This document shows positions 30,136-40,925 of a stretch of DNA of 64,000 nucleotides, piece by piece (positions within the stretch are counted from its first letter, which is position 1; each line of letters opens with the position of its first letter). Made by a program: the position numbers and the translations under genes. The stretch comes from Candidatus Bathyarchaeia archaeon (lineage in GTDB: Archaea > Thermoproteota > Bathyarchaeia > 40CM-2-53-6). The notes beneath the pieces were generated by a model. It was not told where the DNA came from. It worked only from the letters and a program-made list of their open reading frames with translations, and made no database searches. The DNA is taken from assembly GCA_050013255.1 (NCBI GenBank), contig JBEKFP010000001.1, positions 512,001 through 576,000 on the forward strand, written 5' to 3'.

Positions 30136-30861
30136 ATGAAGAGCGATGTATGGAAGGCAGTAATTCGCGCGATAGAGACCTCAATCCCTGAATACGACAA
30201 AGTCAACGAGAAAGTGTCACTCGGCCGGGCCCTAAAGGCCCGCGAATACGCCGTAGATCAAATCTCCATCAGCGAAGGAATGACAATTCTTGATGCGGGA
30301 ATCGGCCCAGGGACTATGAGCGAAGTTCTCCTTTCAAAATCTAAGGGCCTAACGATTGTGGGGTTAGACGCATCCACGACGCTCTTGGGGGCTGCCCGTG
30401 AAAGGTTCAGGTCGTCAAAGGAACGGCAAGTTCACCTTGTTCGTGCTACCTTTGAAGCAGTTCCGGTCAGAGACGGCGGGGTTAACCGAATTGTAAGCGC
30501 ATACGCTTTCAGAGATGCTAGGGACCGAGGGGTGGCTATTGATGAATTCCGTAGGGTTTTAGGAGAAGACGGATCCTTCGCCATAATAGATTTAGGAAAA
30601 CCAAACGAGATTCTCAAAAGAACCTTCGTCACATTATACATTGAATTCCTCATGCCCTTGATCGCTCGTTTTTCGAAGTCTAATCGTATCCGCGGCAATC
30701 CATGGCGAATGATTGTTCCAACTTACCGGTTACTTGTAACTAATCGGGAACTGGTCCAATCGCTAAGGAAGCGGTTTGGTGAAGTGAAAATCTGGGAAGT
30801 CTCACTCGGCGGCATCATAATTATCCTTGCACGAGTCTCGCGGTTAGCTCCCGCCTCTTGA
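30136..30861 (+). CDS. Class I SAM-dependent methyltransferase (UbiE/MenG-like)
   Basis: YDKVNEKVSLG, LDAGIGPG and AYAFRD. Confidence 0.85.
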   Translation: MKSDVWKAVIRAIETSIPEYDKVNEKVSLGRALKAREYAVDQISISEGMTILDAGIGPGTMSEVLLSKSKGLTIVGLDASTTLLGAARERFRSSKERQVHLVRATFEAVPVRDGGVNRIVSAYAFRDARDRGVAIDEFRRVLGEDGSFAIIDLGKPNEILKRTFVTLYIEFLMPLIARFSKSNRIRGNPWRMIVPTYRLLVTNRELVQSLRKRFGEVKIWEVSLGGIIIILARVSRLAPAS

Positions 30862-32061
30862 AATGAAATCTGCGACTTTCTTGAAACCTAATTCAATCCT
30901 TTCTTCAGATTCACTGACGAACGTCAGGCGAATATGGCCGCGTCCGTTGTCACCGAAGAATCGGCCTGGTATCACCGCAACACCTCTCTCTTTCAATAAC
31001 TTCCCCGCAAATTCTTCCTCGTCTAGTTTCAGCTTCGAGAGGTACGGGCGCATGTCTACGAAGTAGTAGAAGGCGCCGGGGGGCGTGACCGTTCTGGCCA
31101 TTGGAAGCTGTGAGTCCAACATCTTGCCCATGAAATTTCGTTTCTTAACGTAGTATGGGAGAACAGTGTTCTTCAGGTATGGTTCCTTCATGTTTTCTTT
31201 GAGAAATTTCACCAGGGCAAATTGGGCGAGACTATCAGGGGCTAGTGTGCTATACTGTTGCATCTTCTCCATCGAGTCAATTATTTCCTTAGGGGCAAGT
31301 GTGTAGCCTATGCGTAAGCCTGGTATGCTGGCTTCTTTTGAGAAACTGCAAACGGTTATAGTACGCTCTTGTGCGTCCGGAAAACGGCTGATCCAAACAT
31401 GTTCTCCTTCGTAGATTATGTGTTTGTAGATATCGTCGCTTATTATCCAGAAATCATATTCCTGCGCCAAGTCCACTAGGGCTTTCACAAATGCTTCATT
31501 GAGAATTCTTCCCGTTGGGTTGTCTGGGGATAGAATCATCACTGCCTTTGTTTTCTTTGAGACCGCTTTCTTGAAGGCTTCAATGTTAGGCTGGTATCCA
31601 TCCTCAACGTTGGCTGGCAACCACTTTGGTTTGCCCTGAGCCAGTTCGATCATTTCCCGGTATCCAAGGTACGTTGGATCAGTTACGATTACTTCGTCGC
31701 CTGGGTTCATGAGGGACATGAGCAGACTGAATATTGCTTCAGTCGCACCTGTGCTCAAAATTATCTCAGAGTAAGGATCGTAGTTCACTTTTCCATACTT
31801 TCTTGTGTCCTCCGCGATCGCTGCCCGTAGCTCCGGGATGCCTCTCGTTCCAGTATAGCCGCAGCTCTTCAACGGATCCGAAGCGAGCAGGCGGCTGAAT
31901 TCGTCGAGAAAATCTTGCGGGGGAGGAACGCTGGGCGCCCCTCCACCGAATGATATTATCTCGGCCCGTTTACGTGCCTCATCTAGTAAAGCCGCCACCT
32001 TGCGGATTGGTGAAACGTGAATTTTTTCCATCCGCTGAGACAGGTTTCTCATCGACTGCAC
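30844..32061 (-). CDS. PLP-dependent aminotransferase class I/II
   Basis: SPDNPTG, DDIY and SFSKEASIPGLRIG. Confidence 0.93.
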   Translation of the reverse strand: MQSMRNLSQRMEKIHVSPIRKVAALLDEARKRAEIISFGGGAPSVPPPQDFLDEFSRLLASDPLKSCGYTGTRGIPELRAAIAEDTRKYGKVNYDPYSEIILSTGATEAIFSLLMSLMNPGDEVIVTDPTYLGYREMIELAQGKPKWLPANVEDGYQPNIEAFKKAVSKKTKAVMILSPDNPTGRILNEAFVKALVDLAQEYDFWIISDDIYKHIIYEGEHVWISRFPDAQERTITVCSFSKEASIPGLRIGYTLAPKEIIDSMEKMQQYSTLAPDSLAQFALVKFLKENMKEPYLKNTVLPYYVKKRNFMGKMLDSQLPMARTVTPPGAFYYFVDMRPYLSKLKLDEEEFAGKLLKERGVAVIPGRFFGDNGRGHIRLTFVSESEERIELGFKKVADFISRGGS

Positions 32062-32101
32062 GTTCTGTCGTGCAGCTTGAACCGCTTATACCGTTTATGC
32101 C

Positions 32102-33388
32102 CTAAGTTGCAGGCTTGATTTTAGTGGCTCCACCCATGTACACTTGCAAAGTTTCTGGGATCGTGATTGAACCGTCTTTGGTTTGGTAGTTCTCCAAGAT
32201 TGCTACGAGGGTCCTCTCTGTGGCGACCAATGTGCTGTTGAGTGTGTGAACCCATTTGGTCGGCTCGTAAGGCCTGTCCCTGAACCTAACTTTAGAGCGC
32301 ACGGCCTGATACGTCGTGCAATTGCTGCAGGAAACTACCTCCCTGTAATTGCCCTGCCCGGGAAGCCAAGCGTCCAAATCATATTTCTTTGCGGCGACTG
32401 TTCCCAGATCTCCCGTGCAAACGTTTACCACTCGGTATGGAATTTTCAGCATCTGGAAGAATTCTTCAGCGTTAGCGATGAGTTTCTCGTGTTCATCCCA
32501 AGACTGTTCCGGTTTGCAGAACACAAATTGCTCTACTTTCTCGAATTGGTGCACTCTGAAGATTCCTTTGGTGTCTTTGCCATGTGCACCAGCCTCCTTT
32601 CTGAAGCATGGACTTACTCCGCCGTACCTTAGCGGTAGGTTCTTTCCTTCCAATATTTCGTCCATGTGTTGGGCGAGCAGGGCGTGTTCCGATGTGGCGA
32701 GAAGGTAAAGATCTTCGCCTTCAACCTTGTAAATCACATCCTCAAAATCTGAGAGTGCAACTGCACCCCCCACGGCTTCACGCCTCAGAAGGTAGGGTGG
32801 TTGAGCTAGCTTGTAGCCCTTCATCTCGCAGAAGTCCAAAGCGAGTCTAATTAGAGCATGATTCATTTTCACAAGGTCCCCCCGCAAGTAGTAGAATCTG
32901 GCCCCAGCAACCTTCGCGGCTCTTTCCAGGTCAACAAGGCCAAGCTGCGTGGTTAAGTCTATGTGGTCCTTCGGCTTGAAATTGAACTCTGGCGGCTTAC
33001 CCCATTTCCTCACTTCAACGTTATCATTCTCATCTTTTCCAACAGGCACACTCTCGTGGATCAGGTTAGGCAACTGCATGAGGGTGTTTGCAATCTTGCT
33101 ATCCAAGTCTGCACTTTCTTTCTCGAGCGTTTTGACTTTGTCAGGAATCTGTTCAGCCTCTTTGACCAACTGCGTGGTGTTCTGGCCTTGCCTGCGAGCT
33201 TGAGCTATTTGTTCCGTGAGTTTGTTTCTCTTGCTTCGCAGTGTGTCCGCTTCGGTCCGGAGGCTACGCCACCTGCGGTCATTCTCTAGCAGTTCGTCTA
33301 CCCACGGAATCTTTGCCTCATCACCTCTTCGTTCTAGGTTCTGTTTGACAACTTGAGGATTTTCTCGAACGAACTTCATGTCAAGCAT
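32102..33388 (-). CDS. serS: Serine--tRNA ligase
   Basis: LATSEH, FRKEAG, FRVHQFEKVEQ, EVVSCSNC and HTLNST. Confidence 0.97.
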   Translation of the reverse strand: MLDMKFVRENPQVVKQNLERRGDEAKIPWVDELLENDRRWRSLRTEADTLRSKRNKLTEQIAQARRQGQNTTQLVKEAEQIPDKVKTLEKESADLDSKIANTLMQLPNLIHESVPVGKDENDNVEVRKWGKPPEFNFKPKDHIDLTTQLGLVDLERAAKVAGARFYYLRGDLVKMNHALIRLALDFCEMKGYKLAQPPYLLRREAVGGAVALSDFEDVIYKVEGEDLYLLATSEHALLAQHMDEILEGKNLPLRYGGVSPCFRKEAGAHGKDTKGIFRVHQFEKVEQFVFCKPEQSWDEHEKLIANAEEFFQMLKIPYRVVNVCTGDLGTVAAKKYDLDAWLPGQGNYREVVSCSNCTTYQAVRSKVRFRDRPYEPTKWVHTLNSTLVATERTLVAILENYQTKDGSITIPETLQVYMGGATKIKPAT

Positions 33389-33479
33389 TCTTCTCACCTA
33401 ACCTTTGGTTCTCTGAGAGACAGTTTTGAATTGTTGAGCAATAGCTTGGCCACCTGTTTTGGGCCGCCTAATTAAAGGC

Positions 33480-34343
33480 TCATCTGAGACTCGTCGCGAC
33501 GATCCCCACGGCTAGTAAGATTAGAGCGTATCCCGCAATCTGTATTGGATTGGGAACTTCACTGAAGAGGGAAACAGCGAAGATGGACGCCAGGACTGGC
33601 TCCATTAACGGGAAAAGATTCGCTGTGACCGCCTTTACAGAACCGAGGGAATAGTTGTAAAGTGAGTGGCCAACCGCAGTAGGCAAGAGCGCCAAACCAA
33701 AAATGGCGACGACATTCTGTGCATCATAAAATCTGAAGGTGTGTTCCCCAAGCACTCCAACCAGCAGTAATGCAACTAATGCGGCAGCGGCGTATACGTA
33801 AGAGGTGTAGCAAGCTGTGCTGACACCGCTCCTTCTGAGATATCTTCCAACCAATGAGTATTGGGTTACGAAGAATGCGGCAAGTAATCCAGAAAAGTCG
33901 GCAAGGCCGAAAGCACGAAAGCCATTCCCCGCGTGCGCAACAAGTATTACCCCGACCGTTGCAACCAGTACACTCATTGCTTCCCTTGAGGTTGTCCGCT
34001 CCTTTATCACGAGCGGGGAAAGAACTGCGAGCATAACTGGGCTCGTGTTTACCAAGAACGTTGCGTTCGCGATAGTGGTCTCCTTAACGGCGAAAATGAA
34101 AGTTGCAAAGTGTAGACTAAGAAATACACCGGAAACCGCAACTAGAGTTAAGTCGCGTCTCCCCAGAAACCGTAAGCTTCGCCTCGCCCACGCAAATAGA
34201 ATCATCGCCAAGGCCGCTATGAAAAGACGAAAGAATGCGAGCGACATTGCAGAAGCCTCGGTTGCAAATCTGATGAAGATCGCGCTTGTGGCAAAGAAGA
34301 AAGAGGCAACAAAGAGAGCCGCCATACCCCTTGATGCAAACAA
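33480..34343 (-). CDS. DMT/EamA family transporter
   Basis: 10 TM; repeated EamA halves; MEPV. Confidence 0.88.
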   Translation of the reverse strand: MFASRGMAALFVASFFFATSAIFIRFATEASAMSLAFFRLFIAALAMILFAWARRSLRFLGRRDLTLVAVSGVFLSLHFATFIFAVKETTIANATFLVNTSPVMLAVLSPLVIKERTTSREAMSVLVATVGVILVAHAGNGFRAFGLADFSGLLAAFFVTQYSLVGRYLRRSGVSTACYTSYVYAAAALVALLLVGVLGEHTFRFYDAQNVVAIFGLALLPTAVGHSLYNYSLGSVKAVTANLFPLMEPVLASIFAVSLFSEVPNPIQIAGYALILLAVGIVATSLR

Positions 34344-34475
34344 GAAAGAACCACTCGCGGATTTTGGAAGCTCAGCCTATGACCGGCTTCATCGAGCGCT
34401 GTCATTTAACTATGTGAGTGATATTTAGAGTTCGGAATTTAGCGCGCTGCCCTAAGACTCCTGGCGATAGAACTA

Positions 34476-35360
34476 TTGAACAACCAAACCAGAGGAGCAC
34501 TGCTAGTAATGGGAGCCGGCTTTCTCTGGGGAACAACCGGAATAATAAGCAAAATTACCTACGCAGAAACAAATGTTGGCCCAATTTCACTCGCATGGTA
34601 TCGACTGATCTTCGCAATCCCAGTCCTTGCGTTTCTCGTTAGAATCAAGCGGTACGAAATCTCGCTGACCCGTCGCGAGATAGTGCTGTTTGCGTGTTTC
34701 GGCTTCATCAGCCTCACGATTTTCGAAACGCTATTTTTCACCTCATTCTTCTATACTACCGTGCAACATGCCGCTGCACTTCTCTACACTGCTCCAGCAT
34801 TTGTTGCCATATTGTCATGGTTGATCCTTAAGGAGCGTTTCACCAAGGCCAAAGTTATTGCTGTCGCGCTTTCGATTCTAGGCGCTTTTCTGATTCTCGG
34901 CCTAGTCGTTGGTGAACCTCTTTTTGGGTCAAACACTCAGATCGGTGACTGGTTGGCCATCGGCTCTGGCTTAGGGTACTCTACTTGGTACATCTTCGGA
35001 AAGATTCTAGGTAAGAATAGGGACCCGGCTGTCACATCTTTGTTGGCTTTGTGTTTCGGCGCCGTTTTCCTCTTCCCGATTATGGTCGGTCTCGAAGGAG
35101 TCCGCATTCCAAATAGCATTCTTGCGTGGCAGTTAGTGGGAACCATAGGACTCCTACCCACCGCGACTGCGTACGTTCTATACCTTGGGGGCCTAAAGTT
35201 GATTGAAGCCACTAAAGCCAGCGTCTTTGCAATAGTAGAACCGGTCACTGCAGCGATTCTTGGATTCTGGTTCCTGCATGAAATGTTTAGCTACATTTCG
35301 TTCGTCGGTTTTGCGTTAATAATAAGCAGCATCATACTAATTTCAATCAGCCGAACGTAA
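34476..35360 (+). CDS. DMT/EamA family transporter
   Basis: LWGTTG, LLYTAP and VEPV; 10 TM. Confidence 0.9.
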   Translation: MNNQTRGALLVMGAGFLWGTTGIISKITYAETNVGPISLAWYRLIFAIPVLAFLVRIKRYEISLTRREIVLFACFGFISLTIFETLFFTSFFYTTVQHAAALLYTAPAFVAILSWLILKERFTKAKVIAVALSILGAFLILGLVVGEPLFGSNTQIGDWLAIGSGLGYSTWYIFGKILGKNRDPAVTSLLALCFGAVFLFPIMVGLEGVRIPNSILAWQLVGTIGLLPTATAYVLYLGGLKLIEATKASVFAIVEPVTAAILGFWFLHEMFSYISFVGFALIISSIILISISRT

Positions 35361-35466
35361 GTAACACGAAGTGAACTTCGCCTTCCTTCGGTTCGCACAC
35401 AATATCTTCTTAATCTAATCCTAGACTATAGTTTCCATGGCCGTTGGGTGATAGCTTACGTTCAAA

Positions 35467-35769
35467 ATGATTATCCTACTGAAAAAGAAGGACTCTCTGA
35501 CTGATCAGGAATTTGCCAAATATTTGTTAGAAAAACATGCTCCACTAGCGCAGAAAATGCCAGGGCTGAGGAAGTATGTTGTTAATGTTGTCCGGCGCCC
35601 GCCTAACAGGGAACCAGATTACGACGGGGTCGTGGAATTGTGGTTTGATGATAGTGACAGCATGAAGAAAGCATTCACTTCAACAGAAGGCCAAGCAACC
35701 CAGAAAGATACGGAGAGCTTCACTAACAAATTGACCACATTATACATAGACGAACATACGATCGTCTAG
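35467..35769 (+). CDS. EthD family protein
   Basis: HAPLAQKMPGLRKY and YDGVVELWFD. Confidence 0.85.
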   Translation: MIILLKKKDSLTDQEFAKYLLEKHAPLAQKMPGLRKYVVNVVRRPPNREPDYDGVVELWFDDSDSMKKAFTSTEGQATQKDTESFTNKLTTLYIDEHTIV

Positions 35770-35831
35770 AGCAAGTTACTGCGCGCATAAGCCGTCTCGA
35801 CGGATAGGTTAACGTTCAGGACACATCACGA

Positions 35832-36251
35832 ATGACAAAACCATCATCACGCCGGATGATTTGGATACGGCAGCTAGCAAGAGAGATGCCGTTCTACAAG
35901 CACCTAGGCATGCATCTGACAAGACTTGGGGCAGGAAGAGCTGAGATTCGAATCAAGGTAACAAAACGGTTAACACAAGACGCTGGCGTGGCACACGGCG
36001 GAGTAGCCGCAACTTTAATCGACTCAGCTGTGGGCTTAGCCTTATGCACTATGCTCGACGCAGAGGAATTCATCACCACGGTCGAACTGAAAGTGAACTT
36101 TACAGCACCTGCCCAACTAGGCCTGCTGAAAGCTTCAGGCCACATCATTCACAAGGGTAAGCGCATCGCCGTCGGCGAAGCTGAAGTCAAAGACCAGAAG
36201 CGAAGGCTAATTGCGAAAGGACTTGTAACTTACATTATAATGACAAAATAA
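35832..36251 (+). CDS. PaaI family thioesterase
   Basis: GVAHGGVAATLIDSA and TVELKVNF. Confidence 0.9.
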   Translation: MTKPSSRRMIWIRQLAREMPFYKHLGMHLTRLGAGRAEIRIKVTKRLTQDAGVAHGGVAATLIDSAVGLALCTMLDAEEFITTVELKVNFTAPAQLGLLKASGHIIHKGKRIAVGEAEVKDQKRRLIAKGLVTYIIMTK

Positions 36252-36274
36252 CGCTTGCACGTGATTGACATTTT

Positions 36275-37201
36275 CTAAGCCCACTTGTTCTTGGCGGCTC
36301 GTGTCAAAGCGATATCGGCAAGTGCCGAAATGAAAGTTTGGCTCGTGTTCAGGGACTCAGTCCGCCTCAGATCCAAACCGTGTGCCCTAGCAAATTCTTG
36401 GGCTTCCACATCAATATCGTACAATATCTCAAGGTGGTCGGCGACGAAGCCTATTGGAACAACTAGAACATTGAAAGTTTTGCCGCGTTCGCTGATTTCC
36501 TTAAGCGATTCCAGAATGTCTGGGCCAAGCCATTTCTCGCCTGTTTGACCAGCGCTCTGATAAGCGAAGGACCAGCGGTCAAGTTTCAGCATGTTTGCTA
36601 CGGCTTGGCATGAGCTACGCAGTTGCGATGGATATGGGTCGTTGTGGTCAAGGATGCGTTCTGGTAGACTATGTGCTGTAAACAAAATGTCGACGTCACA
36701 TGATTTGGGAAACTGTTCCATAGCGAGACTAACTTTCTCGGCGACCGCACGCTGGAATAGGGGATGGTCGTACCAGCTATCGACGAAATCCACGCTCAAG
36801 TTGCCAGCTGCGGCCAGAGCTTGGTCAAGGGCTTGTTTGTACCCGCCAATACTGACCTGAGAATAGTGTGGGGTCAGTGCTAATGCAATAATTCTACTAA
36901 TCCCATCATTCGCGACTCTCGGAATAACTTCACCTATGTATGGATGCCAATGTTTCATGCCTACATAGACTCGGGCCTTTACCCCTCGTGCGTTCAGGGT
37001 CCTTTCTAGGGCTGAGGCTTGCGCATTCGAGATATCAAGTAACGGGGAACGACCACCAATCTTCCTGTATCGCTCCGCCAGATGTTCTAGAACATTTTCA
37101 GTTGGCCTATGGCCCCTCCTGATATCCGTCAGGTATGGCTCCATGTCCTCCTCTGAATTTGGAGTCCCATAAGCCATCAGAAGAACGCCGAAGTCTGCCA
37201 A
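36275..37201 (-). CDS. hemH: Ferrochelatase (likely coproporphyrin ferrochelatase)
   Basis: MAYGTP, IGGRSPL, FTAHSLP and GFVADHLEILYDID. Confidence 0.95.
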   Translation of the reverse strand: MADFGVLLMAYGTPNSEEDMEPYLTDIRRGHRPTENVLEHLAERYRKIGGRSPLLDISNAQASALERTLNARGVKARVYVGMKHWHPYIGEVIPRVANDGISRIIALALTPHYSQVSIGGYKQALDQALAAAGNLSVDFVDSWYDHPLFQRAVAEKVSLAMEQFPKSCDVDILFTAHSLPERILDHNDPYPSQLRSSCQAVANMLKLDRWSFAYQSAGQTGEKWLGPDILESLKEISERGKTFNVLVVPIGFVADHLEILYDIDVEAQEFARAHGLDLRRTESLNTSQTFISALADIALTRAAKNKWA

Positions 37202-37210
37202 GTCTCGCGC

Positions 37211-38239
37211 CTACGAGGAACTCTGAGTGGAGTCGTGAACGAAATTTACCAGTTCAATAACTTTCTGCGGCGATGTCTCCGGTAACATTCCATGCCCCAA
37301 GTTGAAGATATGGCCTACTCTTCCCTTAGTTTTCATTAGAACCTCCCCTGCCTGAGATTTGATTAGCTCGGAAGTCCCCAGTAAGACAGCGGGGTCTAAG
37401 TTGCCTTGGATTCCTACATCGCTACCCAGCCTCCCCCATGCTACGTCTATGGGAATTCGCCAATCAACTCCGAACACATCTCCCCCCGCCTGCTTCATTT
37501 CCTCAAGTAAGTTTGATGTTCCTGTGCCGAAGTGAATGCGCGGCACGCCAGTCCCCTCCAACTCTTTGAAGATTCGGCGCGAATGTGGAAGCACATATTG
37601 ATGGTAATCGTGCGGGCTAAGGCACCCAACCCAACTATCGAAAAGTTGAACCACGTCCACCCCCGCTTTGACCTGCGCTCGCAGATAACTCGCCATGGCT
37701 GTCGCCAACTCGTTCATCAAGGCATGCCACGTCTTCGGATCACGGTACATCAGCATCTTAGTGTTCAGGAAGTCCCTCGTTGGCCTGCCTTCGATAAGGT
37801 AACTTGCTAATGTGAATGGGGCTCCGCAAAAACCAATTAACGGAACGTTAAGAATTTTCTTCACCTGCGCTATGGCTTCAAGAACATATGGGACATCTTC
37901 TTTTGGGTTGAGAGTAGTTAAGGAACTGACGGAGTCTAGACTTTGGATTGGTTCATGAATCAAGGGGCCGAGTCCTTCCTTAATTTCGAACTTTACGCCC
38001 ATGCCTTCCAGCGGCAGCATAATGTCAGCGAACATGATCGCTGCATCTACGCCTAGAATTTCCACAGGTAATGAGGTAACCTCCGCGCACAAGTCAGGAT
38101 TCTTGCAGATCGAAATCAAGTCATGCTTCTCCCTGATCTTCCTATATTCTGGGAGAAACCTTCCAGCCTGACGCATGAACCAGACAGGGGTAGCGTCGAC
38201 GGGTTGTAGCCGACACGCCTTGACGAGACGGTCATTCAT
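37211..38239 (-). CDS. hemE: Uroporphyrinogen decarboxylase
   Basis: PVWFMRQAGR, QLFDSW, QGNLDP and FNLGHG. Confidence 0.96.
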   Translation of the reverse strand: MNDRLVKACRLQPVDATPVWFMRQAGRFLPEYRKIREKHDLISICKNPDLCAEVTSLPVEILGVDAAIMFADIMLPLEGMGVKFEIKEGLGPLIHEPIQSLDSVSSLTTLNPKEDVPYVLEAIAQVKKILNVPLIGFCGAPFTLASYLIEGRPTRDFLNTKMLMYRDPKTWHALMNELATAMASYLRAQVKAGVDVVQLFDSWVGCLSPHDYHQYVLPHSRRIFKELEGTGVPRIHFGTGTSNLLEEMKQAGGDVFGVDWRIPIDVAWGRLGSDVGIQGNLDPAVLLGTSELIKSQAGEVLMKTKGRVGHIFNLGHGMLPETSPQKVIELVNFVHDSTQSSS

Positions 38240-38417
38240 TTTTGACTGCAAACAACCTAAGCATTGTTTGGGTTTCCCGGAAGGCAAGTTTTCCCTGGTA
38301 CACTGTGCCCAATGACGAAACTAAATCCATAACCGCGCTACCTCCCCTGCATGCGTCTAGAGAGCTATAGATTCTTGATGCTTCAAAGGAATCACGAAGA
38401 ATAAACGGAGCTGCAAG

Positions 38418-39143
38418 TCATCCGAGAAGGTTGAGGATTTCGTTGATTGGCATGGTGATGCATGTGAAAATAGGCGTCTCAATCGCTGTGTAGCGGCTGG
38501 CTTCACTACTCCTGAGCTCCATTACCAGTTCAGAGAAATCAGCGGGCTCGTCTGTCTCAAACGCCAATACGAATTCCTGATCGTCTAGGCCGAAGGAGTA
38601 ACCAGTGTGGATTTGGACTGAGGGATACTTGTGTCCGATCTTGAAATGTTGCGCCATCGCGAGCCTCCGCTCCTCATGAGGTAAGAAATACCATTCACGT
38701 TTCTTGACAAAGGGGTACACGAATAGGTATTTTGAGTTCCCGGGGTGCCCGTTTAATGATGCGCCTTCCTGGCCTTCATGCTGGTGGGTGCCTAGGTATT
38801 CAGATTGCCGCGTTATCGCCAGATATGAGTACGGAATCTCCAAGTATTTCCCCAGCATTGACGAGAGCAGGTTTGAAGTTAGTTCCTGGAAATCTTCTAG
38901 CCTTCTGCTAATTGTCCAAAGCATGAAGTCAGCGTCCCCTCTAATTCCGACGAGGGAGTAACTGCTGAGTATGTTTTGTTTCCCGAAGCGGTTGGTGATA
39001 GATGCGAACTCTTGCTTCGCCGTTGACTTATTCGCGTTGTCGAGCCGCCTCCATTGTGAGTCAACTTTGAAGAATGTGTACTTCAGATACTCTCTTTCAG
39101 TATCCTGGATTGAGTTCGCCTCCGTGGAAGTTTGAGTTTTCAT
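38418..39143 (-). CDS. hemQ: Chlorite dismutase family protein, likely coproheme decarboxylase (ChdC/HemQ)
   Basis: VYPFVKKREWY, HFKIG and SFGLDDQEF; located in the hem cluster. Confidence 0.85.
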   Translation of the reverse strand: MKTQTSTEANSIQDTEREYLKYTFFKVDSQWRRLDNANKSTAKQEFASITNRFGKQNILSSYSLVGIRGDADFMLWTISRRLEDFQELTSNLLSSMLGKYLEIPYSYLAITRQSEYLGTHQHEGQEGASLNGHPGNSKYLFVYPFVKKREWYFLPHEERRLAMAQHFKIGHKYPSVQIHTGYSFGLDDQEFVLAFETDEPADFSELVMELRSSEASRYTAIETPIFTCITMPINEILNLLG

Positions 39144-39145
39144 GA

Positions 39146-40156
39146 TCAGTCTTCCCGCAACCAGTTTGCAGCTTCTTTTGCGAAGTATGTGATTATGATA
39201 TTAGCCCCGGCGCGTTTGATTGCTGTCAGTACTTCCAGAGCCACGAGTTTATCGTTAAGCCATCCCTTTTGGCCTGCGGCCTTAATCATAGCGTACTCGC
39301 CACTCACATTGTATGCGGCTAGAGGAACATTGAATTCCGCACGTGCGCTGCCGATAATATCCAAGTAGCTCAGTGCAGGCTTTACCATTACGATGTCAGC
39401 TCCTTCTTTGATGTCGATTGCGATTTCCTTTAGAGCCTCTCTACGGTTAGGAGGGTCCATCTGGTAGGTTCTACGATCTCCCCAAAGCGGCGTGGATTCA
39501 GCCGCTTCTCTGAAAGGCCCATAGAAGGCGGATGCGTATTTGGCCGAGTAAGCCATGATGGAAGTATCTGCGAAGTCACGTTCGTCGAGTGCTGCACGAA
39601 TCGCTTTCACTTGTCCATCCATCATCGCACTGGGGCCTACGATGTCCGCACCGGCCTCCGCGTGTGATACCGCCACGCGGGAAAGGATTCCTAAGGTTTC
39701 ATCGTTAGCCACAGTTCCTCCATGGATAATCCCACAGTGTCCGTGATCGGTGTACTGGCAGAGACAAACATCTGTAGCAACGACCAGCTCCGGCGCCAAT
39801 TTCTTAACGGCACGAACCGCCTGCTGAACTATTCCGTCGGTTTGGTATGCCTCGCTACCTGTCGCATCTTTGTGTTCTGGCAAACCAAAGAGGAGGATGG
39901 CGGGTATCTTCAGGTCTGTGACCGTCGAAATCTCGTCCTCAAGACCCGAAAGAGGAAGCCTGTAGATTCCAGGCATCGATTCAACTTCCTCGTGCTTCGA
40001 AATTCTGCGGTCCACGAAGATAGGATACATCATATCTGAACTTGACAAACGTGTTTCCTGCATCAATAGACGCATGGAACGTAGTCGCCTAAGACGGCGC
40101 GGTCTTTCAGCTGCCTTGAATTCTTTCGAAGCCTCATATAGTTCCGATTTCATCAA
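39146..40156 (-). CDS. hemB: Porphobilinogen synthase
   Basis: DVCLCQYTDHGHCG, FYGPFREAA, MVKP and AYNVSGEY. Confidence 0.97.
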   Translation of the reverse strand: MMKSELYEASKEFKAAERPRRLRRLRSMRLLMQETRLSSSDMMYPIFVDRRISKHEEVESMPGIYRLPLSGLEDEISTVTDLKIPAILLFGLPEHKDATGSEAYQTDGIVQQAVRAVKKLAPELVVATDVCLCQYTDHGHCGIIHGGTVANDETLGILSRVAVSHAEAGADIVGPSAMMDGQVKAIRAALDERDFADTSIMAYSAKYASAFYGPFREAAESTPLWGDRRTYQMDPPNRREALKEIAIDIKEGADIVMVKPALSYLDIIGSARAEFNVPLAAYNVSGEYAMIKAAGQKGWLNDKLVALEVLTAIKRAGANIIITYFAKEAANWLRED

Positions 40157-40925
40157 CTATCGCCTCAACTAAAGCATCAATTGTGTGTATCTCCGCAACA
40201 ATGTCAACGTCTATGCCTAATTCCTTCGTCGCCTCAACCGTTACCGGTCCAATACAAGCAACCTTGACCGTGCTCAAAAATTGCTCTAGCTTATTGAACC
40301 CCAGAACCCGCGCTAAGTTACGCACGGTAGATGGACTAGTGAAGGTTATCAGGTCTACTCCTCCAGCAAATATGCAGGTCAAACGATCTGGCGTCAAGTC
40401 GGGTGGGATGATGGTTCGATATGCTACAACCTCCTCAACCAAGGCTCCGCGTTTTCGCAATAGGTCTGGGAGTTTCTTCGACGCGATGTCCGCGCGAGGT
40501 AGAAGAATCCGCCTCCCTTTCACATCTCCTAGGCCGTCAGCTATTTTCCAGGAGAGGAATTCGGTAGGAACTAGTTCAGGCTTCTTGACGGTACGCTCCA
40601 AAGCCGACGCTGTCGCGGGTCCGATGGCGGCTAACATGACTTGCTTCAAGGCCGAAGGTGCAATCTTGAGGTCTGCCATGCGTTTCATGAAGAACCGGAC
40701 GCCATGAACGCTTGTGAATACGATCCAATCGTACTCGTTAAGTCTCCCTAGGGCCTCATCCAAAGTGTCATTGTTCTCGGCAGGGATTATCTCGATAGTA
40801 GGCAATTCGATCGTTCTTGCTCCGAGTTCACGCAGTTTCTCCGAAAGGTTTTGGACCTGTTCAATGGGTCGAGTTACCAGAATCGTCACCCCAGATAGCG
40901 GTTTTAGTGACGCTGCCTGCATCAC
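40134..40925 (-). CDS. hemD: Uroporphyrinogen-III synthase
   Basis: ILVTRP, FTSVHGV, AIGPATA and FTSPSTV. Confidence 0.93.
   Translation of the reverse strand: MMQAASLKPLSGVTILVTRPIEQVQNLSEKLRELGARTIELPTIEIIPAENNDTLDEALGRLNEYDWIVFTSVHGVRFFMKRMADLKIAPSALKQVMLAAIGPATASALERTVKKPELVPTEFLSWKIADGLGDVKGRRILLPRADIASKKLPDLLRKRGALVEEVVAYRTIIPPDLTPDRLTCIFAGGVDLITFTSPSTVRNLARVLGFNKLEQFLSTVKVACIGPVTVEATKELGIDVDIVAEIHTIDALVEAIVDEIGTI

Noticed and set aside
33817-34428. 203-aa Ala/Lys-rich + strand ORF, and many similar antisense ORFs in the track
   Set aside because: Shadow frames of recognisable genes on the opposite strand.
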